From the IMG/VR virus record IMGVR_UViG_3300020045_006090, positions 1 through 46,554 of that record: DNA of 46,554 nt, one strand, 5' to 3'. Origin of the DNA: a virus (Duplodnaviria > Caudoviricetes). The notes beneath the pieces were generated by a model. That model worked only from the letters and a program-made list of their open reading frames with translations. It had not been told where the DNA came from and ran no database searches. The stretch's first letter is position 1. Each line of letters opens with the position of its first letter. A program made the position numbers and the translations under genes. This document shows positions 8,016-16,539 of this stretch, in pieces.

Positions 8016-8277
8016 TCTTTTTTGCTTTCCGGGCAATCTTAATTTCTTCTTTTTTCAAAGCCTTGTCGATCAGATTGAGCGTTCTTTCAGTCGCGGTATT
8101 ATCGCGCTTTAAAAGCTTGGTCCGGTTAAAGAATGATTGCCCGATCTCATTATCAGCGCAAAACCGCGCCTCTGAAAATTCAGGATTTGCCGCAATGATC
8201 GCCGCCAAACGGGGGGCAATCTGAGCTTGCCTTGTGATTCGGTCCTGTAACGCCTTGAGTTTCTTATTTTCAATCAT
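7999..8277 (-). CDS. Cro/repressor-like HTH transcriptional regulator
   Basis: FSEARFCADNEIGQSFFNRTK...TLNLIDKAL HTH-like pattern; first gene from a divergent promoter region. Confidence 0.55.
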   Translation of the reverse strand: MIENKKLKALQDRITRQAQIAPRLAAIIAANPEFSEARFCADNEIGQSFFNRTKLLKRDNTATERTLNLIDKALKKEEIKIARKAKKNAKKG

Positions 8278-8283
8278 TTCCAA

Positions 8284-8355
8284 TTCATGCCGGATTGCCG
8301 GAAAAAAGGCAACATTAAAAAGGTGTTGGCCTTTTTTAGATAATGCCTTAACGTC
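8284..8355. promoter_or_regulatory. Divergent promoter pair with inverted repeat
   Basis: Rightward TTGGCC-N17-TAACGT (8326..8354); leftward TTGCCT-N17-CATGAA (8312..8284); AAAAAAGGCAACA / TGTTGGCCTTTTTT inverted repeat. Confidence 0.6.
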
Positions 8356-8384
8356 CCGGAAGCTAACAAATCATAGGAAAAATC

Positions 8385-8753
8385 ATGGAAAAACCAACGC
8401 GCCCGGCTCGCTATCAAGCCCCTAAATCTATATCCCTTTTGCCTGTTAAAAAGCCGATGCGCCGCCCTTATTGGGATTTACGCATTGATGGAATCGGGCA
8501 TCAGGTAAAAAACAAGGCGGAGGCTTTTGATGTAATCCGCCGCCGGTACGAGGCTGTATTTTTTACAGACGATCAGATCTGGGCCGAGCTTTCAAATTCA
8601 TGCGGCGATGTTTTGGCTTTCCCTTATTCCTACAATTGGGACAAGGAAACGGACACATTCACGGAATTCAGGGATAAGCACAACTGGCACCGAGGCGATG
8701 ATGTGCTTTACGCATTTTGGCTTGCCGATCAGCGCAAAAGGAAATCAGCATGA
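8385..8753 (+). CDS. Hypothetical early protein
   Basis: AGGA RBS; first gene of the rightward operon. Confidence 0.75.
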   Translation: MEKPTRPARYQAPKSISLLPVKKPMRRPYWDLRIDGIGHQVKNKAEAFDVIRRRYEAVFFTDDQIWAELSNSCGDVLAFPYSYNWDKETDTFTEFRDKHNWHRGDDVLYAFWLADQRKRKSA

Positions 8754-9055
8754 AACAAATTTTAACCCATAAATCCCGTTCAATAGCTGATGTTATAGAG
8801 CTTATAAAAAAGGGCTGTTTTTCATGTCCTAACTTGCCGCATTACAGATATTCCCAAACTCAGGCTGCGCGATCAGCTTTATCTAAAGCTGGAATGATCA
8901 GAGCAACCGGGAAAACAAACGTGGGAACAAATTACATTGCCACTGATAAATTTAAAAAATGGCAAAAGGAATTTGAAAGTGGGGAAACAAAGCTACAGCC
9001 TATTAAATGGGCTAAAGAACAAAAGAAACTGGAAAAAGCTAATGACGAAGGATGA
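8750..9055 (+). CDS. Hypothetical basic protein (possible winged helix)
   Basis: ATGA coupling at MKQIL; AAGGA RBS. Confidence 0.6.
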   Translation: MKQILTHKSRSIADVIELIKKGCFSCPNLPHYRYSQTQAARSALSKAGMIRATGKTNVGTNYIATDKFKKWQKEFESGETKLQPIKWAKEQKKLEKANDEG

Positions 9056-9350
9056 ATATTTCTCCTGGCTAAAAACTGAAGATGGCGGATTTTGCACGGA
9101 AGTAAAAGAAATAAGCCCCGGAATTTATGCGGCTGTCAAACCCTTGCTTTTCCATTGGACAATGATTATCGGGATGATAGGCGATACTTCAGGATATTCC
9201 GACCGCTATTGTTTTGCAAATAAGCCGCTTGCCGAAAACGCGCTTAAGCTTTGGGACGGGCAAGGCGAACCAATTGGCTGGCACAGGCACCCAGCATCAG
9301 GACGCCGACGCCCGGACGGAAACGTATCAAAGGAATATATAAATCCATGA
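9042..9350 (+). CDS. Conserved hypothetical phage protein
   Basis: GYSDRYCF...WDGQGEPIGWHRHPASGRRR; likely start MTKDEY. Confidence 0.7.
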   Translation: MTKDEYFSWLKTEDGGFCTEVKEISPGIYAAVKPLLFHWTMIIGMIGDTSGYSDRYCFANKPLAENALKLWDGQGEPIGWHRHPASGRRRPDGNVSKEYINP

Positions 9351-9838
9351 TGCAAGAAATTAAAAAAGAAAAATTCATCACATTTTTACGCACATCGGGC
9401 GCGGAAATCCTTGAGCCTACAAGCGAATTTGAGGTCGTGCGATTTCGAACCATCAATGGTGTTTCCGTTGTATATCAGGGTAAGCGTGGCATATCTTTCA
9501 CCGGGGAATCTAAATCGGCATACGATAAAATGCTTGCCGGGAACCTTTGGCAAATCGAGCCGGGACGCTTAAAAACCAAAAAAAGGTTACTTGCAGAAGT
9601 CATGGAACGTGATGGACTGGATTGCTTTTATTGTGGTGAACAAACCGACGATGATACGCGATCATTAGAACATATTTTATCAATAGCAAAAGGAGGAAAT
9701 AACGAAATCAGCAATCTTACAATAGCATGCGTAAGCTGCAATCAGGCGGCTGGCGACATGGCTATTGTCGATAAAATTAAACTGCGTGAAAAATATTTAT
9801 CTTTCAGACCAAAGGAAAAACAAAATGAACACCCCTGA
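9347..9838 (+). CDS. HNH endonuclease
   Basis: RDGLDCFYCG...SLEHILSIAKGGNNEISNLTIACVSCN. Confidence 0.88.
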   Translation: MMQEIKKEKFITFLRTSGAEILEPTSEFEVVRFRTINGVSVVYQGKRGISFTGESKSAYDKMLAGNLWQIEPGRLKTKKRLLAEVMERDGLDCFYCGEQTDDDTRSLEHILSIAKGGNNEISNLTIACVSCNQAAGDMAIVDKIKLREKYLSFRPKEKQNEHP

Positions 9839-10577
9839 AACCGTCGGTGATATCTTGTCGGCTTCCGACCCGAATGCGATGGCAATTCCGCCATACATAA
9901 AAATCTATCAAGACCTGATGCAAGGATCTGATGCGTGGCATCGGGCGCGTAATGGAATTCTGACCGCATCAAAAACAAGCAGTATCATCACAGCGGCAAA
10001 GCTTGATTATTCATCGAGCAAAGACGCAAAGGCGATTGTGTGCGAAACGGCGGTCGAGCGTATCACCGGATATATTCAGGATGAATATCAAAGCTATGCG
10101 ATGGCGAGGGGAAAGGATGAAGAAATTCTTGCTTACAATCTTTATCATGAAAAGATTGCGCCTTTGCATACAGTTGGATTTATTACCAACGCCCGGTATG
10201 GCGGCGGCATCCTGATCGGCTGTTCGCCTGATGGCCTGACGCAATGCGGGCAAGGCATGATCGAGGTGAAATCAAAAGCAAATCACCTGCATCTTAAAAT
10301 CGTTTGTGATGATGAAATGCCTTCTGAATTTTCGCTACAGGTTCAGACCGCGCTTTTAGTCACCGAAAGAAAATGGTGCGATTTCATCAGCTATTCGAAT
10401 GGCATGCCGATGTTCGTAAAGCGCGTTTTGCCTGACCTTAAAATTCAGGAAAAAATAGTTGAAGCCGCCATCAAATTCGACGCAGATGTTGAAGAAATGT
10501 GCGACAAATACGGCGACAAAATTGCCGAACATAAATTCATCCCGACGCCCCGTCGGATTGAAGACATATCAGCTTAA
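9825..10577 (+). CDS. YqaJ / lambda-exonuclease family recombination nuclease
   Basis: QGSDAWHRARNGILTAS, MARGKDEE, GCSPDGL, IEVKS, QVQTAL, WCDFISY. Confidence 0.92.
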   Translation: MNTPETVGDILSASDPNAMAIPPYIKIYQDLMQGSDAWHRARNGILTASKTSSIITAAKLDYSSSKDAKAIVCETAVERITGYIQDEYQSYAMARGKDEEILAYNLYHEKIAPLHTVGFITNARYGGGILIGCSPDGLTQCGQGMIEVKSKANHLHLKIVCDDEMPSEFSLQVQTALLVTERKWCDFISYSNGMPMFVKRVLPDLKIQEKIVEAAIKFDADVEEMCDKYGDKIAEHKFIPTPRRIEDISA

Positions 10578-10583
10578 AGGAGA

Positions 10584-11285
10584 ATGAACATGACAGCAGA
10601 TATCACAAAAACCGTAGCCCCTAAAACTGATCAGCTTAATGCCGATGATCTTTTTGCCGGAAAAACTATGGACGTTAAAATCACAGGCGTAAAAGAAACG
10701 GGCTCAAAGGAACAGCCTATCTCGATTTCATACGAAGGCGACAAAGGAAAGCCTTGGAAACCATCGCTCGGCATGCGTCGCGTCTTGCTAGAAGTGTGGG
10801 GGCAAGAAGCGGGAGAAAAAGCCGACACATATTATCGGGGCCGCACGGTAAGGCTATTCCGCGACCCTGATGTTAAATTCGGAAAAGATACGGTCGGCGG
10901 CATTCGCATCAGCCACGCGACCGATATCGATGGCGATAAAAAAATCGCCCTGACAGTCGCAAAAGGTCGCCGGGTTGAATTTGTTGTCAAGCCTTTAAAG
11001 CTTTTGCAATCCGCGCCGCCCAAAACAAATCAGGAATCCAATCCGCCACAAAATCAAGAAAAGGAACAGCCAAAGCCAAAAACTGAAAAGCCGCAAGGAG
11101 AGATTGAAACGCTTGCAGCTGAAGTAAAAGAATACCTGAAAGCTGCGGTCGATCCTGATGATCTTTATATCCGGTGGGGCGATAAAGAAGCGGATCTTGA
11201 AAAAATTAAATCCGCAAATCCGGGCTACCACGAAATCCTTGATAAGCTTTACAACGCATTGCGCGAAGATTTAAAGGAAAAATAA
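10584..11285 (+). CDS. Conserved phage protein adjacent to exonuclease (candidate ssDNA-annealing/binding protein)
   Basis: PKTDQLNADDL...KPWKPSLGMRRVL...DPDVKFGKDTVGGIRISH core, Pro/Gln linker and helical C-terminus; AAGGAG RBS. Confidence 0.6.
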   Translation: MNMTADITKTVAPKTDQLNADDLFAGKTMDVKITGVKETGSKEQPISISYEGDKGKPWKPSLGMRRVLLEVWGQEAGEKADTYYRGRTVRLFRDPDVKFGKDTVGGIRISHATDIDGDKKIALTVAKGRRVEFVVKPLKLLQSAPPKTNQESNPPQNQEKEQPKPKTEKPQGEIETLAAEVKEYLKAAVDPDDLYIRWGDKEADLEKIKSANPGYHEILDKLYNALREDLKEK

Positions 11286-11457
11286 ATTATGAACATAAGC
11301 CCCGATAAAATGCCCTACACAAACGGTATTATTGACGGGCTTATGCTCGCCGCCGAAATTTGCGATCAGAACACCAAAGGCCGAAAATCAATTCAGGCTG
11401 AACGTATTCGGGCCGCAATGATGAAATTTAAACTTAAAACCGAAAAGGAAAAATCTG

Positions 11458-11694
11458 ATGACTGAACGTAAAGAATTTTTAATGTCCGAGGCACAGCTTA
11501 AAAAGATTTTGGACGCTTGCAAGCCTGTCCCGTATATGGTTGTCGGCGGCGTCGAGCCATCATCGCCACAGGAAAATGCAAACCGAGCGTGGAAGGCTTT
11601 GGGTGATGAATTAGGCTTTGACCACATGACGGTAAAGCCGATATCGGGTAAAGATCAAAAATGGTTTTCAGCCGAGGTAAAAAATGTCGGCTGA
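11458..11694 (+). CDS. Hypothetical phage protein
   Basis: AAGGA RBS; operon context. Confidence 0.7.
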   Translation: MTERKEFLMSEAQLKKILDACKPVPYMVVGGVEPSSPQENANRAWKALGDELGFDHMTVKPISGKDQKWFSAEVKNVG

Positions 11695-11992
11695 TTACAA
11701 AAAAACCATCGATGATATTTTCACGAATAGAGAATATTTAATTTGTGCCATTTATGCGGCTGGAGGCACAAAGCCAAGAGGCTACGGATTTATTTCGGGC
11801 GGATATGGTGGGGGCGTCGACATCGATCAGTTTCACGCGCTTTTGTGGGCTGATGGAATTATTATCGGATTGACGCTAGGCGATAAAAAGAAAGGCCACA
11901 ATTTGATGAAAGCGATCAACACCGCGCTTGAAATCGAATGCGGTCTGGCTAATTCCGCCACGCCGTTTATCAATCTGACGGAGGCTGATTAA
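11684..11992 (+). CDS. Hypothetical protein
   Basis: GAGG RBS; overlaps the upstream gene. Confidence 0.65.
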   Translation: MSADYKKTIDDIFTNREYLICAIYAAGGTKPRGYGFISGGYGGGVDIDQFHALLWADGIIIGLTLGDKKKGHNLMKAINTALEIECGLANSATPFINLTEAD

Positions 11993-12134
11993 TGGTGCAG
12001 GACATGAATAATAAATTATTGATAGCCGGGGGCGATAAAATCCCCGGCAATAAATACCAAGGAAAGCGCATCACCTTCGATATGCTTTTCGCCGCCAATG
12101 ATCAGGAAGAAAAAAAATCTTCAAAGGCATCAAA

Positions 12135-12314
12135 ATGATCAATCTTATCCTTGTTTCAATTGTGCAGTTTATAGGTGCTTGGCAACTTTCAAAGCTGATG
12201 CGGGCAAAATATCCGCATTGGAATAACAAACAATTCTTTTGGCGTACATGGGGTATTTGGACGCTGATAGTAATAACCGTATCAATTTTATCAGCAATAA
12301 TCGAAAGGAATTAA
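12135..12314 (+). CDS. Small two-TM membrane protein (59 aa)
   Basis: Read manually: MINLILVSIVQFIGAWQLSKL...FFWRTWGIWTLIVITVSILSAIIERN. Confidence 0.45.
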   Translation: MINLILVSIVQFIGAWQLSKLMRAKYPHWNNKQFFWRTWGIWTLIVITVSILSAIIERN

Positions 12315-12315
12315 A

Positions 12316-12543
12316 ATGAAAAACTTATCTAAAATGCTTATCGCCTACAGACAAAAATACGATATCAACAGCAGTGAATTAGCGGCTGAAATCGGATTGC
12401 ACCCCTCAACAATGACGCGCCTTGAGCAAGGCCGGGCATTGGATTCCGAAGGCATGGTCAAAATAATATCATGGATATTTGCCCCGGCTGATGCGAAAGC
12501 AGAGAAAAAAGAACCGACGCAAAATTCTTTAGGCGTTGAATAG
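12316..12543 (+). CDS. XRE-family HTH DNA-binding protein
   Basis: YRQKYDINSSELAAEIGLHPSTMTRLEQG. Confidence 0.85.
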   Translation: MKNLSKMLIAYRQKYDINSSELAAEIGLHPSTMTRLEQGRALDSEGMVKIISWIFAPADAKAEKKEPTQNSLGVE

Positions 12544-12998
12544 TGCGAGACTTTCAGGCATTCAGGGAAAAAGTTGACGCGCACGTTAGCACCGACGACC
12601 CAAAGCATGAAAAGCTTATGGCTTGGGCGCATGGAGCCCGCATCGGAAAAAACGGATTGAATGAACATGGCATATTTACCGAGGGCGAGGAAATCCGCAT
12701 CGGGAAAAATTATACAGCCTACGTTGAAATCAATTTCATTCAGGCACCCGGCGGGCATTGGCTTTATGGTCTTTCATATTACGTCGGGAATGGCGGCGGC
12801 GGATATATGCCAGGCGTCTATAATCGTATTGGATATGAAAGCCGGGAGGCTGTTATAGAGGCCGCGATATCAGACATGCTTTCAAAGCTTCAGGATAAGT
12901 TAAAAAGCACCGATAATCCGACCGTCAAAGCCGCCAAAGCATTAAAGGATGAAATAGACGCCTTTCAGCTTTCACGCGCCCAGCCATCGTTATTTTGA
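12543..12998 (+). CDS. Hypothetical protein
   Basis: TAGTG coupling; ends in QPSLF (beta-clamp-motif-like). Confidence 0.65.
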   Translation: MRDFQAFREKVDAHVSTDDPKHEKLMAWAHGARIGKNGLNEHGIFTEGEEIRIGKNYTAYVEINFIQAPGGHWLYGLSYYVGNGGGGYMPGVYNRIGYESREAVIEAAISDMLSKLQDKLKSTDNPTVKAAKALKDEIDAFQLSRAQPSLF

Positions 12999-13008
12999 GG
13001 GCTGTGGC

Positions 13009-13179
13009 ATGGACGGGGGCATAGGATGGGAATGCGCTACAAATCAGGAAATTCACGCTTATTGGGATTTGTACCGCCGCCGGGTATTGAATAATCCTAA
13101 ATCGGCAATTGATCTTAAAGTATTTGAAGCAATCGAGGCTGAAATCCAAAAACGTAACCCGGGATTTTATTCAGACTAA
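13009..13179 (+). CDS. Small hypothetical protein (56 aa)
   Basis: Read manually: MDGGIGWECATNQEIHAYWDLYRRRV...; GAGG RBS. Confidence 0.45.
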   Translation: MDGGIGWECATNQEIHAYWDLYRRRVLNNPKSAIDLKVFEAIEAEIQKRNPGFYSD

Positions 13180-13377
13180 AAGCTTCCTACCCGGGTCGAA
13201 TGAGGATATATTTTTCATCCTGATAAATTGGAAATGGAAAAAAATCTTACAAGGGAGGCCAATCATGAAGCCGTAGATTAAAGCCCTACAATTATTTTTT
13301 GAGTTAAGATTTTGGTCGAAAGTCCCTGCCTTGTTTCTCCCTTGGCGGGGATTTTCTTTTTCTGGCATACTGATTTT

Positions 13378-13587
13378 ATGAAATGGCCTTGGGTTTCAAG
13401 ATACAGGCTTTATCAAGCCCTGATTTCTACCCTTGATGCGCGGGAAGAATCTCGCTGCTTACGTCGCTTTTTGGTCGATATGATCAAAGAAAATAAGTCA
13501 TTAAAAATTCAGCTTGATAAAGCCCTGCAAAATGACAGGCGCGACCCGGTGACAGGGCAATATATTTCCATCAAAAATAAGCCATAG
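13378..13587 (+). CDS. Hypothetical protein
   Basis: MKWPWVSRYRL...RRDPVTGQY; last gene before the terminator. Confidence 0.5.
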   Translation: MKWPWVSRYRLYQALISTLDAREESRCLRRFLVDMIKENKSLKIQLDKALQNDRRDPVTGQYISIKNKP

Positions 13588-13622
13588 AAAAAGCCCCCGG
13601 ATTTTAAGGTCCGAGGGCTTCC
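13588..13622. terminator. Intrinsic terminator between convergent early and late operons
   Basis: AAGCCCCCGGA-N8-TCCGAGGGCTT hairpin flanked by an A-run. Confidence 0.7.
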
Positions 13623-13660
13623 GTCTTTCTGGGGGGAGAAAGTTGAAATCATTTTATAGC

Positions 13661-13795
13661 TCAACTAATAATTACTTCCAACACCCAAAGTGCCAGGCCG
13701 ATTGGCAAAAAGCTTACTTTTGTGGATATGCCCGGAATGGCGGCAAGAATGAAACAGACCAAGGCTAGAATTAACAAAATTATTGAAATGGACAT
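13661..13795 (-). CDS. Small two-TM membrane protein (44 aa), possible pinholin
   Basis: MSISIILLILALVCFILAAIPGISTKVSFLPIGLALWVLEVIIS; AAGGA RBS; follows the spanins. Confidence 0.5.
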   Translation of the reverse strand: MSISIILLILALVCFILAAIPGISTKVSFLPIGLALWVLEVIIS

Positions 13796-13891
13796 GGGGA
13801 TATTTCCTTTGATCGCCAATGCTTCACGTGAAACAAAGTTCCAAAATTGCGAAATTGCGCCAAAACGCAAACTGATACTTAATGCTTGCGA

Positions 13892-14179
13892 TTAATCATA
13901 TCCCCGGCTTCGCCATGTATCGTTAATAAATTTCTGCAGGACAATGACCTGTTGCCGCAATGTTTCGCTTATAGCGGCCTGTCCAAGCAACCAATCTTCT
14001 TTAAGGCCCTGTGCGCCATCGGTAGCTTCTGCCATCGCTGTAAGCTGATTTTCAGCCGGGGGCGGGGTCATTACATTGACAGGTTTAGCGGGTAATCGGG
14101 ACACATCGGGGATTTGTTCGCACCCGCTTAAGATTAGCAAGCTGGCTAGCGACAGAATTAAAACGGTTTTCAGCATCAT
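13892..14179 (-). CDS. Rz1: Outer-membrane spanin (o-spanin lipoprotein)
   Basis: Signal peptide with lipobox LSGC; Pro-rich; overlaps the i-spanin. Confidence 0.8.
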   Translation of the reverse strand: MMLKTVLILSLASLLILSGCEQIPDVSRLPAKPVNVMTPPPAENQLTAMAEATDGAQGLKEDWLLGQAAISETLRQQVIVLQKFINDTWRSRGYD

Positions 14180-14357
14180 TCATAGCCTCCGATGTAATAG
14201 ATTTGTCTTTTTCGCACTGATCGGCTGTCGCTTTTGCCGCATCGCGCTCGATTTTCAATTCGGCCTTGTCGGAATAAAGCGATTTAATCCACAGGCTTTC
14301 GCCTCCAATTATCAAAGCCATGACGGAAATTATGATCAGCAAGGGTTTCATCGGCAT
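14085..14357 (-). CDS. Rz: Inner-membrane spanin
   Basis: N-terminal TM plus coiled coil, directly after the endolysin. Confidence 0.75.
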   Translation of the reverse strand: MPMKPLLIIISVMALIIGGESLWIKSLYSDKAELKIERDAAKATADQCEKDKSITSEAMNDAENRFNSVASQLANLKRVRTNPRCVPITR

Positions 14358-14950
14358 TTTACTCCTTCAGGAAGTTTTACGCCATCCCAAGGGGCAAGGC
14401 ATTTATCACGTTCACTTTCGCGGCGATTTATAAGCCCCTTAGATACGGCAAGATTTCCGGCCTTAGAATAGCATGGTTGGCCTCGGCGGGTTTCACCTTT
14501 TCCGTTTGGCGGCTTATAGCAGATGAATTTCATCAGGGAATTGCAGGCAAGCGTTACATTTCCCTTGTTGAATTCGCGTCGGGCGGTAGAGCCAAGCCAC
14601 GCGCCATATCCGGCGTTGTCGCTGAATGTCGCAAAGGCCCGGATCTGATTGCCGCCTATAGGACGGGAAACGCTGTCGCAAATCTTATTGGCCACCTGAA
14701 TTGACCGGGCAAGTGTGATGGCGTCGCATTCCTGATTTGTGAAAACCTTTTTCAGATATTGGGCTGCATTGAGCGTTTCGCCATCGCAATAGGTCCATAT
14801 CCCTGCGATGTCTTTGTATGGCTTAAGGCTGCGACCCTCATAGGATTTGATGTCGCCGAGGATAAGGCTACCGGCTGCGGCAGCGACGGTGATCATGGAT
14901 CCGCCAGCAACAGCAGCGGTTTTAGGTTTTGATTTAGTCCAGCCGAACAT
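14348..14950 (-). CDS. SAR endolysin, GH24 lysozyme
   Basis: E-x8-D-x5-T triad (YEGRSLKPYKDIAGIWTYCDGET); GLINRRESE; Ala/Gly-rich N-terminal SAR segment. Confidence 0.9.
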   Translation of the reverse strand: MFGWTKSKPKTAAVAGGSMITVAAAAGSLILGDIKSYEGRSLKPYKDIAGIWTYCDGETLNAAQYLKKVFTNQECDAITLARSIQVANKICDSVSRPIGGNQIRAFATFSDNAGYGAWLGSTARREFNKGNVTLACNSLMKFICYKPPNGKGETRRGQPCYSKAGNLAVSKGLINRRESERDKCLAPWDGVKLPEGVKCR

Positions 14951-14951
14951 T

Positions 14952-15545
14952 TTAGCTATTTAACCATTCAAAAAAATAAATCACCCCACCGATGATCGAG
15001 GCAGTAAAAGCAATTGTACCAGTTACAATTTTCCATGTCTTTGTCTTTAATTCTTCCGCGCCGGCTGCTTTAGTTTCTTTTTCTTTTGCCGCCTCATAAT
15101 TGGCCCACAAAGTTTTATGTTGCGCGCCCTCTCGATCATTGCGTTCTCTTTCCCGGTCCCTGAATTTTAAAAGTTCATCGATTTCGGTTCGCTGCTTTGT
15201 TTCTTCTATTTTTGCAGCTGTAGATTTATCGATGCACTCTTTTACAAGCTCCGCAAGCTTTAAACCGGACGATTTAATATCTAAAATATCGTGTTTATTA
15301 ATACGGATATCTTCTTTTTGCGCCGAAAGTTGCGCCTGAATATCTTTCAATTCAGTCATTTGCAAGGTAATCGTACCTACGACGCGCACCATTTCACGAA
15401 ATTCAAGGCGTTCTTCGACTTTGGCTTTTTCGGATTGTTCTTGCAGCGTCGCAACGCGAGTTATCAGATTGGACGCCTGATCGAGCTTTGCCGATAAATT
15501 ACTTACATCGGTTCTTAAGCGTTCGACTTCGGCGTCCATCAACAA
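14952..15545 (-). CDS. Coiled-coil protein with C-terminal TM (holin/antiholin candidate)
   Basis: Directly upstream of the endolysin; one C-terminal hydrophobic helix. Confidence 0.55.
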   Translation of the reverse strand: MLMDAEVERLRTDVSNLSAKLDQASNLITRVATLQEQSEKAKVEERLEFREMVRVVGTITLQMTELKDIQAQLSAQKEDIRINKHDILDIKSSGLKLAELVKECIDKSTAAKIEETKQRTEIDELLKFRDRERERNDREGAQHKTLWANYEAAKEKETKAAGAEELKTKTWKIVTGTIAFTASIIGGVIYFFEWLNS

Positions 15546-15555
15546 ATTCCCTGAT

Positions 15556-15849
15556 TTAGGATTCTAATACGTCGTGAATTTGAGAATAAGCTAGGGTCGA
15601 ACATCTTTCGCCGCATAGCTTCTTGATCATTATAAGATCGTCTGTTGTGATTTCAATATCGCCACCTTTGAAAATCTTTTTTGCAAGCAAAGCCCGCTTT
15701 AATTTTTCTTCACCGTTGATATGAACATCATCAGGAGCTGAAGAATAAAGTGCATCCACAACAATTCTTTTCAGCGGTGTCGGATTGCCATTTTCTAAAA
15801 TTTCTTTTCCTGAAACGTCAAGAATATTTGCATCAAAGTTTTTTATCAT
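15556..15849 (-). CDS. Conserved small tail-region protein (possible fibre chaperone)
   Basis: AAGGA RBS; EEKLKRALLAKKI...IKKL helical pattern; follows the fibre genes. Confidence 0.55.
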   Translation of the reverse strand: MIKNFDANILDVSGKEILENGNPTPLKRIVVDALYSSAPDDVHINGEEKLKRALLAKKIFKGGDIEITTDDLIMIKKLCGERCSTLAYSQIHDVLES

Positions 15850-15919
15850 TTTCGATTGTTCCTTTTGAGTAGTTTATTTCCCCAAAGGTACAGAAAATAT
15901 TCTCAAAGGTAAATATAAT

Positions 15920-16528
15920 TTAAAGACCCTCTGCCTTAAATATAACCGCTGTGCCTGATGGTGCGGCCCTTAAAGCAGTTATTACAGTTCCCGCGATGGC
16001 AACGAGTGTGCCAGCCAATGTTTGCGTGTTTCCTCTGGAAAAATAATAAGTCAGAGTTTTAAGATCGACTGAAAGGGATTTCCTGCAAGCCGTGATCACA
16101 TCGTTTGCATTTGATATGTTGGCGGTCGCCTCGCAATTTGTCGCAAGCACGTTTGAAAAAATGGCAGTACCGCCCGCCGTGCCATCCATCGTTAAATATA
16201 CGGAAGATTCTGAGCTGCCGTTGACAGTTCCAGCACCGTAGAATGTTTTAATTCCGCCATTATAACAAAGAATTCCATGAGGCAATTGTCTGACGCGCTG
16301 AAAGACCCTAACCCAACGGCCTGTTTCCGACATGCTAGAAACAACGGAATTCAAAAACTGATCCTCAGCAACTGCGCTTGTCGCATCCCAGCGATAAAAA
16401 CCGCCAAGGTTATCGTCCATTGAATTCATGCCGACCATGAGAATGGCGACATTTAAATCAACAGGCTGCAATCTAAGGTCTGATAAAAGGCCGACTTGAA
16501 GAATTTGACGAACTTCAAAAGGGGGCAT
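15920..16528 (-). CDS. Tail fibre/spike-associated protein with tailspike N-terminal-like domain
   Basis: GMNSMDDNLGGFYRWDATS...GRWVRV motif typical of tailspike head domains. Confidence 0.55.
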   Translation of the reverse strand: MPPFEVRQILQVGLLSDLRLQPVDLNVAILMVGMNSMDDNLGGFYRWDATSAVAEDQFLNSVVSSMSETGRWVRVFQRVRQLPHGILCYNGGIKTFYGAGTVNGSSESSVYLTMDGTAGGTAIFSNVLATNCEATANISNANDVITACRKSLSVDLKTLTYYFSRGNTQTLAGTLVAIAGTVITALRAAPSGTAVIFKAEGL

Positions 16529-16539
16529 TTACTACTCCA

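Noticed and set aside
8014-8026. A AAA AAG slippery heptamer fusing the HTH gene to the GcrA-CTD to make a full GcrA
   Set aside because: The GcrA-CTD is in the +1 frame. A -1 shift at this site reaches a stop within about 15 codons.
13180-13377. Possible tRNA, ncRNA or attP in the intergenic gap
   Set aside because: No cloverleaf or T-loop consensus, only a terminator-like hairpin near 13319..13357, and no integrase to support an attP.
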